A DNA stretch of 64,000 nt from a bacterium (GTDB lineage: Bacteria > UBA8248), in NCBI GenBank assembly GCA_965207065.1, contig OZ242260.1:1984001-2048000 (forward strand). The letters run 5' to 3'. Position 1 is the first letter of the stretch; every line of letters starts with the position of its first letter. A program made the position numbers and the translations under genes. The notes under the pieces were generated by a model, which ran no database searches, was not told the origin of the DNA, and saw nothing but the letters and a program-made list of their open reading frames with translations. Below, piece after piece: positions 7,600 to 17,233 of this stretch.

Positions 7600-9078
7600 T
7601 TAGTTGGTCGGCGCGAACTTGTCGATGTAAGCGCCGCTGGCGACGCTCGCTCTCCAAGCCTCGATCTGCTCTTTCCGACCGATGTCGTCGGTGATGCGGT
7701 TCCAGCCTTTCTCGACGTTCTTCGCCGCCTGCGCAGCGGAGATGTTGCCCTGCATGACCTGCGCCATGTTCTTGTCGAGCACGTTGAAGTACTCGTAGTT
7801 ACCCTCGATCATGAGCAGGGAGATGGCGTTTTTCGCGTTCTTCATCGTCATCTTGACGAAGGGTTCCGTGTGCTTGGCGAGCACGGCCTTGTTCGTCAGG
7901 TTCGACATGCGCATCGGATCCCAGAAGCCCGCCGGATCTGCGATGGCGATGTCGCCCTGGGTCGGGCCCGTGAACCACTGGATGAAGTAGTAGGCGAGCT
8001 CGGGGTGTTTGCCGTGCGCGTTCACCATGTAGCCGGTGCCGGCCGCCTGCGGAGCGCGACGCACCATCTTGCCGCTCGCTCCTTTCACGGCGGGAACGGG
8101 GCAAGCCAGTTGCTTACCGCTGATCTTGCTCTTCGGGTTGCGGTTGGCGTAGCCCATCGCCGAGGGGAAGGACATGAACGAGAAGGACCGTCCACTACCC
8201 CAGTGAGGATAGAGCTGCGGTGTTCCCCAACCCTGCACGTCGGGCGGCATGTACTTGACGATCGAGGTGAATTCCTTGATCGCCCGGATGCCGTTCGGGC
8301 TGTTGATGGTGGGCTTCATGTTCTTGTCGAAGAGCAGTCCGCCCATATAGGCCGGGAAATGCCTGTAGGAGAAGTTGATGCTCCTGTAGGCCTGTGCGCC
8401 GTAGAGCGGCTGGTCGAACTTCATGCCCCAGCGGGTCTCGCCCTTTTTCGTGTGGAAGTACTTGGCCATCTGCTCCCACTCGGCCATCGTGTCGGGACAT
8501 CCCGGTTCCTTGCCGAATTTGGCCTTATAGTCCTTCGCGGCCGCCTTCATGATGTCCGAGCGCAGGAACAATGCGATGTGGTCGCCGTCGAGGATGAACC
8601 AGTAGGTTTTCCCCTTGTACTTCTGCTGCGCCAGCAGGCCCGAGTCGATGCCCGTGAAATCGGGTTTCCCCTTGGCCATGTAGGCGTCCAGCGGCTGCAG
8701 CGTGCCTGCGCCCACCGCGTCGGGAATGACGTAGGGGAAGTGGTTGATGACGTCGTACTGCCCCGTTTTCGCCACGGCTTCGGCCATGATTTTGGCAGGG
8801 ATGTCGGTGTAGCCGTACTGGATAGAGCCCATCTCGACGCCGGTGAGCTTCTTCCACTGCCTCAGGTATTTCGGCTGGGAGTTCTTGAAGAGCGAAATCA
8901 GAAGCATCGTCTGTTTCGGGTTCTTCAGATTATGCTTCTTGATGTAAGCTTTCGCTCCGTTGATGGCGCGCTCCTCAACCGTCTTGCCGGGGTGCACCAT
9001 CATGGCGGCGATGGCCGTTGAGGCCACGAAAACCGTGATGCCCATCAGAATCAGTGTTGCGAGAAAAATTCTCTTCAT
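7600..9078 (-). CDS. Carbohydrate ABC transporter substrate-binding protein
   Basis: RBS GGAGGAGG, signal peptide MKRIFLATLILMG..., family-1 SBP features (GQYDVI, LQPLDAYM, PTINSPNG), operon context. Confidence 0.88.
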   Translation of the reverse strand: MKRIFLATLILMGITVFVASTAIAAMMVHPGKTVEERAINGAKAYIKKHNLKNPKQTMLLISLFKNSQPKYLRQWKKLTGVEMGSIQYGYTDIPAKIMAEAVAKTGQYDVINHFPYVIPDAVGAGTLQPLDAYMAKGKPDFTGIDSGLLAQQKYKGKTYWFILDGDHIALFLRSDIMKAAAKDYKAKFGKEPGCPDTMAEWEQMAKYFHTKKGETRWGMKFDQPLYGAQAYRSINFSYRHFPAYMGGLLFDKNMKPTINSPNGIRAIKEFTSIVKYMPPDVQGWGTPQLYPHWGSGRSFSFMSFPSAMGYANRNPKSKISGKQLACPVPAVKGASGKMVRRAPQAAGTGYMVNAHGKHPELAYYFIQWFTGPTQGDIAIADPAGFWDPMRMSNLTNKAVLAKHTEPFVKMTMKNAKNAISLLMIEGNYEYFNVLDKNMAQVMQGNISAAQAAKNVEKGWNRITDDIGRKEQIEAWRASVASGAYIDKFAPTN

Positions 9079-9241
9079 CTCGATTCCTCCTCCCTTCGTG
9101 TTTGGAAAGGCGATGACTTGCTTCAGAATCGCCGAGATCGAACACAAAATCCCTGATACTGAGTAGTTCCCGTCTTCCTCCAGCGTTGCAATTTACATGC
9201 GATGCAGTCTTGCAAACCTTTTACCTCGCCATTGGTGGGCG

Positions 9242-10315
9242 TTATTCCAGCCGCGCCCCGCTCTCGGCGTCAAAAAAGTGCATGCCGCCCGTTTGAAAAC
9301 CGAATCGGATATTATCGCCGGGGCTGAACTCGCGCTCGGCGTCGATTTTGGCCACCAGAAATTCCTCATCCCCACAGGAGAAGAAAACCAGCGTTTCGTC
9401 TCCCAGCGGTTCAATGAGCCTGACTTCCGCGGCCGCACCTTCATCCTCGATGCTCACGTTCTCGGAACGCACGCCGAGGTTGATCGCTTTTCCTGTGGCG
9501 GAGCCGGGTACGACGTCCGGCGCGAAGTTCATCTCGAAATGCTCGGAGACGAACTTGGGAGAGCCGTTGCTTTCGATGCGCCCCGGAATGATGTTCATCG
9601 TCGGCTGGCCGAAGAACGTGCCGACGAACTGGTTGGTTGGTTTTCTGTATATGCCGAGAGGGGTATCGATCTGCTGAACGTATCCGCGGTCCATGACCAT
9701 AATGCGGTCCGCCATCGTCATGGCTTCTGCCTGATCGTGTGTGACGTAGACGAAAGTGGATTTGAGTTCCTCGTGGAGGCGCTTGAGTTCGGTGCGCATC
9801 TCGATGCGCAGCTTGGCGTCCAGACTGGAGAGCGGCTCGTCCATGAGCAGGACTTGCGGCTGGGTGATGATCGTTCGCGCCAGGGCCACCCGCTGCGCCT
9901 CGCCGCCCGAGCACTGGGCGGGTTTTTTGGATAGCAGATGGGATATCTTCAAGGTCGTGGCGACTTTCGATACCCGCTCTTTCACCTCCGCATCCGCGGT
10001 CTTGTCCACGCGCAGACCGAAGGCGATGTTCTCGAAGACGGTCATGTGGGGGAACAGGGCGAGGTCCTGGAACACCATCCCCAGGCCGCGGTCCCCTGGT
10101 TCGAGATGGTTCACCACGCGGTCTCCGATGAGCATCGTGCCGCTCGTGGGTTCCTCGAATCCGGAGATCATGTTGAGCGTGGTGGTTTTTCCGCAACCGG
10201 AAGGCCCGACCACCACCATGAACTCGCCATCGCTTACATCAAGGTCGACACCGGCAACCGCAGTGACGGTTTCACCAAATATTTTAACCAGGTTTTGGAG
10301 CGTAATGGAGGCCAC
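9242..10315 (-). CDS. Carbohydrate ABC transporter ATP-binding protein (MalK-like, TOBE C-terminus)
   Basis: Walker A GPSGCGKT, signature CSGGEAQR, Walker B LLMDEP, VYVTHDQ. GTG start chosen. Confidence 0.93.
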   Translation of the reverse strand: MASITLQNLVKIFGETVTAVAGVDLDVSDGEFMVVVGPSGCGKTTTLNMISGFEEPTSGTMLIGDRVVNHLEPGDRGLGMVFQDLALFPHMTVFENIAFGLRVDKTADAEVKERVSKVATTLKISHLLSKKPAQCSGGEAQRVALARTIITQPQVLLMDEPLSSLDAKLRIEMRTELKRLHEELKSTFVYVTHDQAEAMTMADRIMVMDRGYVQQIDTPLGIYRKPTNQFVGTFFGQPTMNIIPGRIESNGSPKFVSEHFEMNFAPDVVPGSATGKAINLGVRSENVSIEDEGAAAEVRLIEPLGDETLVFFSCGDEEFLVAKIDAEREFSPGDNIRFGFQTGGMHFFDAESGARLE

Positions 10316-10572
10316 CGCAATTTTCCCCTTCAAATTCGATGGTCAGCGAACATCATCCCCAACGCAATGGACGATGCGGTAGAAAGATTTTGCTCTGATA
10401 ATAGAATTATGCGCGGATTTATTTTTTTTTTCAACCCTAGCACCTAGGGCCTTCATTGCGGCGTGCTCTGCGAGACTTCATTTCCCCGTGTTGAATTTAT
10501 CTGCATAATTGATTAGTAGAACAATACGTCATTCATACCGAATGGATTACTGAAGTGACGGTGGGGGCGATA

Positions 10573-11262
10573 TTGGCTCAAAAGATTCTCATTATCGAAG
10601 ACGAGACCGACATTCGTGAACTCCTCACCTACAACCTCGACCGTGAGGGATTCGATGTGGTGGGTGTAGCCAACGGCGAAGAAGCCTTCAAAATGCTAAA
10701 GAGCGAGCCGATCCAGTTGGTCGTTCTCGATCTGATGCTTCCCGATGTTTCCGGTCTCGAAATTTGTCGCTACATTCGGCGCGATTCCTCCTTAAGTCGG
10801 CTTCCCATCATCATGCTGACGGCCAAGGGCGAAGAGGTGGATCGCATCGTCGGCTTCGAATTGGGCGCGGATGACTACGTGACCAAGCCCTTCAACATCC
10901 GGGAGATGATCCTGCGGGTGAAAGCGGTGCTCGCGCGCTCGAAAATGCCGCAGGTTGAGGGCAAGGCGCTCAGGCGCGGGCCGCTCACCATCGACCCCGA
11001 GCAATATGAAGCGGCGGTGGACGGGCGCCCGCTCTCCTTGACGGCGACGGAATTCCGTCTTTTGCACCATCTGGCCTCTCACCCGGGGCACGCCCAGAAT
11101 CGCGACGACCTGCTCGACATCATCTGGGGAGAAGACAAATTCGTCACCCCCCGCACCGTGGACACATATATCCGCCGCCTCCGGGAGAAACTCGGCCCGG
11201 CGGGGGAAATGATCCAGACGCTTCGGGGCGTGGGGTACCGGTTCAAGAAAATGTCTGAATAG
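10573..11262 (+). CDS. phoB: Phosphate regulon response regulator (OmpR/PhoB family)
   Basis: IIEDE, LDLMLP, MLTAKGEEVDR, GADDYVTKPF, RTVDTYIRRLR. Adjacent to the pst operon. Confidence 0.88.
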   Translation: MAQKILIIEDETDIRELLTYNLDREGFDVVGVANGEEAFKMLKSEPIQLVVLDLMLPDVSGLEICRYIRRDSSLSRLPIIMLTAKGEEVDRIVGFELGADDYVTKPFNIREMILRVKAVLARSKMPQVEGKALRRGPLTIDPEQYEAAVDGRPLSLTATEFRLLHHLASHPGHAQNRDDLLDIIWGEDKFVTPRTVDTYIRRLREKLGPAGEMIQTLRGVGYRFKKMSE

Positions 11263-11295
11263 TTGCTCTTCCCGACACCCGGAGGAGACCCGCAT

Positions 11296-13071
11296 ATGCG
11301 CAGGTCCTTCTACAAGAAGCTGACGGCGAGCTATCTGGTAGTCATTACCGTGGTGTTCGCGGCGGGGATGATCTATCTTCATTTCGGCCTCTCCGCCCAG
11401 TTGATGGAGCAGGCGGAGGAGAACCTCGCCAGCAACGCGCGCCTTGCCCGCCGCCAGTTGGTTTCCTCCATTCCGGAAAATCCGCAAAGTCAACGAATGG
11501 ATGAACTCGCCGATGAAATCGGCCGCGCGCTCGGTGTGCGCGTGACGGTCGTATCCGCTTCCGGTCGTTTGCTCGCGGATACCGGCCTCGCTCCTGGCGC
11601 GCCCGGCAGAGAAGAGAGCCGCGCCGCTCGGCCCGAAATCATCGCGGCGAGAAAAAAGGGAATCGGTTCGAGCGTCCGGGCGAGCCCGAGGGGTGATGGA
11701 GATTTGCTGTATCTGGCTCTGCCGATAAATGCGGGCCCGTTATCCGGCGGCGTGATTCGCCTGGCCATGAGCTTAAGGGAAATCGAGGAGACTATCGGCA
11801 AGATGCGGGGCCTTCTCCTGGTGGCCGGCGCTTTCGCGTTTTTGCTCGCTATCGCGGTCAGCTTCGGGGCCGGCGTTATCGTGCGTCGGGGCTTCGACGA
11901 AATATACGAGTCCGTAGAGAAGATTTCCCGAGGCGATTTCAGTTACCGCATCGCTTCCATGCGGCAGGATGAGTTGGGTGAACTCGCACGGACGATGGAC
12001 CGGCTCGCTTCGGAAGTGGAGGCGCATCTCGATGAGTTGCGCAACGAGCGCGACCGGCTGGAGGCGATACTCGAAGGAATGACCGAGGGCGTCATGGTCA
12101 CGAACGCCTCGGGAGACATCCTTCTCGTGAATTCCTCGTTTCGGGAATTCTTTCCCTCCCTGCCTGAGTTCGAAGATAGTATGCCGATTCCTCTCGAAGC
12201 CGTGCGCTCCACCGAAGTGCAGGAAGCGGTGAGGGATATGCTCACGCGCTCCGCCACCCGGTTGGAGCGCGAGGTGGAAGTTCTCCCCGCGCGCACGCTG
12301 ACCCTGCACGCCAAACGCGCGAGGGCGGATGAAGAGTCCAACCTCATCTGGGTGTTTCACGACGTTACCGAAGTAAAACGACTCGCGGGAATACGGCGGG
12401 AATTCACCGCCAACGTCTCTCATGAGTTGCGTACGCCCTTGACGGCGATACAGTGGGCGGCCCAGACGCTCGAAGTGACGGCAGAATCCGACCCCGATGC
12501 GACGCGCCGGTTCGCCTCGACAATCAACCGCCACGCCCGGCGCCTCTCGGCCCTGGTGGAGGACCTGCTCGAACTCGGCAGAATCGAATCCAAAGAAGAG
12601 CACGTTCGGCCCGAGGAGGTTTCCATCCGTAGCGCAATGGATTCGGTGGCGCATACCCTGGCTCCCGTTGTCGAGAAAAGGGGCGTTCATCTGCAAACGG
12701 TGATTCACGAGGAGGCCGACCACGTTCGGGCGGACCCGGCCGCCCTGGAAAGAATTCTGATCAATCTGGCCGAAAACGGGGTGAACTACAGTTCCGAGGG
12801 AAGTGAAATCACGGTTTCCGGGCGCTTGTGCGAAGACGGGTTCGTCGAGGTTTCAGTGGCCGATCAGGGTGAGGGAATTCCCCCCGAGCACCTCCCCCGC
12901 ATTTTCGAGCGCTTCTACCGTGTGGATTCGGCCCGCTCCCGGGAGAACGGGGGCACCGGCCTGGGGCTCTCCATCGTGAAGCACCTCGTTCAGGAGATGG
13001 GCGGAGACGTCTGGGTCGAGAGCGCGCCGGGCCGGGGCTCCACCTTCCGCTTCACCGTTCCCACGCCTTAA
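11296..13071 (+). CDS. phoR: Phosphate regulon sensor histidine kinase (HAMP-PAS-HisKA-HATPase)
   Basis: FTANVSHELRTPLT, ERFYRVDSARSRENGGTGLGL, two TM segments, RBS GGAGG. Confidence 0.88.
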   Translation: MRRSFYKKLTASYLVVITVVFAAGMIYLHFGLSAQLMEQAEENLASNARLARRQLVSSIPENPQSQRMDELADEIGRALGVRVTVVSASGRLLADTGLAPGAPGREESRAARPEIIAARKKGIGSSVRASPRGDGDLLYLALPINAGPLSGGVIRLAMSLREIEETIGKMRGLLLVAGAFAFLLAIAVSFGAGVIVRRGFDEIYESVEKISRGDFSYRIASMRQDELGELARTMDRLASEVEAHLDELRNERDRLEAILEGMTEGVMVTNASGDILLVNSSFREFFPSLPEFEDSMPIPLEAVRSTEVQEAVRDMLTRSATRLEREVEVLPARTLTLHAKRARADEESNLIWVFHDVTEVKRLAGIRREFTANVSHELRTPLTAIQWAAQTLEVTAESDPDATRRFASTINRHARRLSALVEDLLELGRIESKEEHVRPEEVSIRSAMDSVAHTLAPVVEKRGVHLQTVIHEEADHVRADPAALERILINLAENGVNYSSEGSEITVSGRLCEDGFVEVSVADQGEGIPPEHLPRIFERFYRVDSARSRENGGTGLGLSIVKHLVQEMGGDVWVESAPGRGSTFRFTVPTP

Positions 13072-13198
13072 ACGGGACAAGTGCCTTCTGGTCTTTGCCT
13101 TCATCGTTTATGCCCGCTTTATTGAAAGCAAACCTGTAATTTACGTCTTTTCAATGAGTTATACGAAGATTATATTTTGAAAACCGGAATTGTCCAAA

Positions 13199-13254
13199 AA
13201 GTCATATGATTTTCATCCTTTCGTAACATACCCGGCCCCTTTTTTCTCTATATT
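13199..13254 (+). promoter_or_regulatory. Pho-box array 1 with -10-like hexamer
   Basis: GTCAT (13201), TTCAT (13212) and GTAAC (13223) at exact 11-bp period. TATATT at 13249. Confidence 0.7.
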
Positions 13255-13427
13255 CCACCTCGTTCGGAGAGGGATCGCGCGACGGAGCGTTTTTGCTCAT
13301 GGTTGCGAATTCGCAGCCCCCTGAAGAGGCGATGAAGCTCTCCGGACGCAGAGGCGAGCAGTCCAAGGGGAATGTGGGAAATGAAAGATGTGCCTGCTAG
13401 AAGCGGAGGAGTGTTCGTGTCTCGGTA

Positions 13428-13483
13428 TGTTCATCATTTTGTCACGAAAATGTAACAAAACCTTGCGTTTTTTCCTGTAGTTT
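13428..13483 (+). promoter_or_regulatory. Pho-box array 2 with -10-like hexamer
   Basis: TTCAT (13430), GTCAC (13441) and GTAAC (13452) at 11-bp period. TAGTTT at 13478, directly upstream of pstS. Confidence 0.78.
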
Positions 13484-13509
13484 CAATCCATCCAAAGGAG
13501 GAAGTGAAA

Positions 13510-14511
13510 ATGAGCAGGTTATCCAGGATTTGTGGCTTGGCCTTCGCGGTTGCGATTGGCCTCGTGCTCGTAGCGCAGCCCGCTGGCGCGGCCCTGATGG
13601 TTGACAAGAAATTGCCCGCCTACAAGGCCACCAGCGGCGTTTCCGGGAACGTGAAGTCCGTCGGCTCGGATACGCTGAACAACCTCATGACGCTCTGGGC
13701 CGAAGGGTTCAGGCGTTCCTACCCGGACGTGAAAATCGAGATCGAGGGCAAAGGCTCCTCCACGGCTCCTCCGGCGCTCATCGCCGGCACATCGAATTTC
13801 GGCCCGATGTCTCGCGCCATGAAGTCCAAGGAAGTGGACGCATTCGAGAAGAAGTTCGGCTACAAGCCGGGCCGCATCCGCGTCGCCGTGGACGCCCTGG
13901 CCGTTTTCACGAACAAGGACAACCCCCTCAAGTGCATGAGCCTCCCGCAGGTAGACGCCATCTTCTCCAAAACCCGCAAGGGCGGCATGAGGTCCGACGT
14001 CGCCACGTGGGGCCAACTCGGTCTCAAGGGCATGTGGGCCAGTAAGCCGATTTCCGTGTATGGCCGCAACTCGGCTTCGGGCACGTACGGCTACTTCAAG
14101 AAAGTAGCCCTCTACAAAGGCGACTACAAAGACTCCGTGAAAGAGCAGCCCGGCTCCTCGGCGGTGGTGCAAGGCGTGGCTTCCGATAAGTTCGCCATCG
14201 GCTACTCGGGCATCGGCTACAAGACCGCCGACGTTATCGCGCTCCCGGTCTCCAAAAAAACCGGCGCCAAATGCTATGGCCCCGAAGCGAAGAACGCCTA
14301 CTCGGGCAACTACCCGATCGCGCGTTTCCTCTACATCTACGTCAACAAGAACCCGAACCAGGCGCTCGAGCCCCTGAGAGCCCAGTTCGTCAAGTACATC
14401 TTCTCGAAAGATGGTCAGCAGGCCGTTATCAAGGCCGGTTTCTTCCCGGTGAACGCGGCCATCGCGAAACAAGACCTCGGCGGCCTCGGCCTCGGGATGG
14501 GAAGCAACTAG
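13510..14511 (+). CDS. pstS: Phosphate ABC transporter substrate-binding protein
   Basis: GSDTL, GKGSSTA, GRNSASGTY, YPIARFLYIY. Confidence 0.95.
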   Translation: MSRLSRICGLAFAVAIGLVLVAQPAGAALMVDKKLPAYKATSGVSGNVKSVGSDTLNNLMTLWAEGFRRSYPDVKIEIEGKGSSTAPPALIAGTSNFGPMSRAMKSKEVDAFEKKFGYKPGRIRVAVDALAVFTNKDNPLKCMSLPQVDAIFSKTRKGGMRSDVATWGQLGLKGMWASKPISVYGRNSASGTYGYFKKVALYKGDYKDSVKEQPGSSAVVQGVASDKFAIGYSGIGYKTADVIALPVSKKTGAKCYGPEAKNAYSGNYPIARFLYIYVNKNPNQALEPLRAQFVKYIFSKDGQQAVIKAGFFPVNAAIAKQDLGGLGLGMGSN

Positions 14512-14531
14512 TTTTTCAGGTGCAGCGCAGC

Positions 14532-14577
14532 GGCGGGGACGGCGGATTGGATTCGCCGTCCCCCCGCTTTCATTTTT
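14532..14577 (+). terminator. GC-rich hairpin with T tail after pstS
   Basis: GCGGGGACGGCGGAT...ATTCGCCGTCCCCCCGC followed by TTTCATTTTT. Confidence 0.6.
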
Positions 14578-14589
14578 GAAAAGAAAAAC

Positions 14590-17226
14590 ATGAACGAAAA
14601 CCAGGTTTCAGACGCAGATGATAAAGAAAGAAGGAAGCCGGGCCGGACGCGTGACCTGAGCGCCAGACAATCCGTCCGTATTTTCGATAAGCTCGCCACC
14701 AACGTAATCACGATCGGCGGGCTTTTTGTGATTCTGGCCGTTATCGGGATCATGGCGTTTCTCGTCGCAGTGGCGCTGCCGCTGTTCGCCGGAGAAACGA
14801 TAACCGGCTCGGGCGTCTTCCGGGTGGGTGCGTCCAAGAGCGCTCTCCTCAGCGTCGAGGTTGATGATTATAACACCATCGCCGTCCTGGTTTCGAAAAA
14901 CGGCGTGTTGACGCCCGTGCACGCATCAACCGGAAAAGCGCTCAGGCCGTTGAAACTCGATTTTGGAGGTGCGCCGGCGAGCGCTTTCGGGCGAACGCTC
15001 AAGGGCGGAAACGTCGCCTTCGGCTTCCCCGATGGAACGGTCCGGTTCGGTAAAGTCAATTTCAGAACCCAAATATTGCCGGCGGATAGAGTTCCGAAGG
15101 GACTCACCAAAATCGACGCGCGCGATTTCACCGACGGAAAAGTCCTCTTTTCGGAAATTCCGGGCGACCAGATGCGAAAGATCTGGCTGGAGGCGGAACT
15201 CGAGAAGCCGCAGCAGGTAGCCCCGAAAGGCACGCCCATCGTGAAGCTTAACTACAAGGTGGGCGGAACTCCGGAGCGGCCGAGCATCTCCTTCGCCACG
15301 GTGGACGCCAAGGGCGTGGCGCGCCTGAGCCTGACGGAGACCAGGATCAATCTTCTGACGGGGCAGACCACTTCATCGGTGGAAACCGTGGTTCTGCCTG
15401 ATTTGCCGACCGGAACACGCATCGTCGACATACTCCTCACGGAAAAAGCCGACAAGGTGTACATCGGCGTCGAGAAAGGGTTTCTCCTTCGCTACGACAC
15501 CAGGAGCTTCGACGCCATTACCCTCGTGGAAAAGAGCAACCTGCTTCCCATGGACGAGAAGCTGACGGTGTTCAAAGCCCTCATCGGCGAGGAATCCATC
15601 ATCGTGGGAGGCTCCAAGGGGTCTTTGAGCATCTTCTTCCAGGCGCGCAGACCGAGCGCCGCCACCTCGGACGGGCTGGTGCTTGTGCGCGGACACGAAC
15701 TGGAGAGGCACGCCGCGAGCGTTTCGGGTTTTTCCGCCTCCCAGCGCAGCCGGATGTTCACCACGATGGATTCCGGCGGAAACATCTGGCTTCGCCATGC
15801 AACGAGCGAGTCAACGTTGCTTCGCTTCAAGGTGAAGGAGATGGCGAATGGCTCCGCGCGCTTCATCCGACTCTCGCCGCGCGATGACGCAATTGTCGCC
15901 ACAGACGATAAGGGAGTCGTGAATTTCTGGAAATTCGAGGCGGAACACCCCGAGACGACTTTCCAGACGCTGTTCGGCAAGGTCTGGTACGAAGGCTATC
16001 CCAAACCCGAGTATACATGGCAGTCCTCCTCGGGAGACGACGCGTTCGAGGAGAAGATATCCCTCATCCCCCTGATATTCGGAACCATCAAGGGAACGGT
16101 CTATTCCCTGATTTTTGCGATACCCATCGCGGTGCTGGGCGCAATTTTCACCTCCGAATTCATCGGCCCGCAGGTGCGCTCCGTCGTGAAGCCCGCGATG
16201 GAGATGATGGCCTCGCTCCCCTCGGTGGTCCTCGGTTTCGTGGCCGCCCTGATTCTCGCGCCCATCGTGGAGACGTGGATAGCCGCAGTCTTACTCACGT
16301 TCATGCTGATCCCGTTTCTTCTGTTGCTCTCGGCTTATTTATGGCAGGTGATGCCGCCGCGCGTCTCCCTCCCCCTGTCGGGGTTCCCCAAACTCGGGCT
16401 GGTGTTCATCGTAATTATCCTCGGCTCGCTGCTCGGTTTTCTCATCGGACCGGGGTTCGAGAGACTATTATTCGGCGGCGACTTCAAGGCCTGGGCAAAC
16501 GGGAACATCGGGATAGCGACGCCCATGCTGTTCATCATTTTCTATCCCGTATCTTTTATCATTATTGCTTTCGCGGCCGAGCGGTTTTTCGGATATGAAT
16601 GGAGACAAAAACTCAGACAGATGGATCATTCGCGCGGTGCGCTCTTCGAGCTTCTTCGCTGGGCCGGGATGCTGGTCTCCGCCGGACTGCTCAGCTGGCT
16701 CACGGCCGCGGTGCTTACGGCGCTCGGCCTGGACGCGCGCGGCGGGGTCATCGACACCTACGTCCAGCGCAACTCCCTCGTCGTGGGCTTCGCGATGGGC
16801 TTCGCCGTCATCCCGCTCATCTACACCATCGCCGAGGATGCGCTCAACGCTGTGCCGAGCCACCTCAGAGCGGCGAGCCTCGCATGCGGCGCCACCCCCT
16901 GGCAGACGGCCCTTTGGGTCATCCTGCCTACGGCAGCCAGCGGAATTTTCGCCGCCGTGATGATCGGCATGGGCCGCGCGGTGGGTGAAACCATGATCGT
17001 CGTCATGGCGGCGGGCAATACCCCGGTTCTGGACTGGAACATATTCTCGGGCCTCAGGGCGCTTTCGGCGAACATCGCGGTGGAGCTTCCGGAAGCCGTC
17101 AAGGACGGGACGCTTTACCGGGTGTTGTTCCTGGCGGCCCTCGTTCTCTTCGCGATGACGTTCATCGTGAATACGGTTGCAGAAGTGGTTCGTCTCCGAT
17201 TCCGCAAGCGCGCTTCGCAGTTGTGA
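14590..17226 (+). CDS. pstC: Phosphate ABC permease PstC, long form with a large extracytoplasmic domain
   Basis: KPAMEMMASLPSVVLGF, IAEDALNAVP, GMGRAVGETMIV. About 440-aa beta-rich insert after TM1. Confidence 0.9.
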   Translation: MNENQVSDADDKERRKPGRTRDLSARQSVRIFDKLATNVITIGGLFVILAVIGIMAFLVAVALPLFAGETITGSGVFRVGASKSALLSVEVDDYNTIAVLVSKNGVLTPVHASTGKALRPLKLDFGGAPASAFGRTLKGGNVAFGFPDGTVRFGKVNFRTQILPADRVPKGLTKIDARDFTDGKVLFSEIPGDQMRKIWLEAELEKPQQVAPKGTPIVKLNYKVGGTPERPSISFATVDAKGVARLSLTETRINLLTGQTTSSVETVVLPDLPTGTRIVDILLTEKADKVYIGVEKGFLLRYDTRSFDAITLVEKSNLLPMDEKLTVFKALIGEESIIVGGSKGSLSIFFQARRPSAATSDGLVLVRGHELERHAASVSGFSASQRSRMFTTMDSGGNIWLRHATSESTLLRFKVKEMANGSARFIRLSPRDDAIVATDDKGVVNFWKFEAEHPETTFQTLFGKVWYEGYPKPEYTWQSSSGDDAFEEKISLIPLIFGTIKGTVYSLIFAIPIAVLGAIFTSEFIGPQVRSVVKPAMEMMASLPSVVLGFVAALILAPIVETWIAAVLLTFMLIPFLLLLSAYLWQVMPPRVSLPLSGFPKLGLVFIVIILGSLLGFLIGPGFERLLFGGDFKAWANGNIGIATPMLFIIFYPVSFIIIAFAAERFFGYEWRQKLRQMDHSRGALFELLRWAGMLVSAGLLSWLTAAVLTALGLDARGGVIDTYVQRNSLVVGFAMGFAVIPLIYTIAEDALNAVPSHLRAASLACGATPWQTALWVILPTAASGIFAAVMIGMGRAVGETMIVVMAAGNTPVLDWNIFSGLRALSANIAVELPEAVKDGTLYRVLFLAALVLFAMTFIVNTVAEVVRLRFRKRASQL

Positions 17227-17233
17227 GGACAGG

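Noticed and set aside
6841-9021. 726-aa plus-strand ORF (and similar long antisense ORFs, e.g. 22047..23522, 32993..34336, 53316..54701, 59687..61051)
   Set aside because: These are antisense shadows of well-supported high-GC3 genes, with no recognisable motifs.
13321-13345. Hammerhead ribozyme core (CTGAAGA)
   Set aside because: No correctly placed stem II-GAAA-stem III-UH elements.
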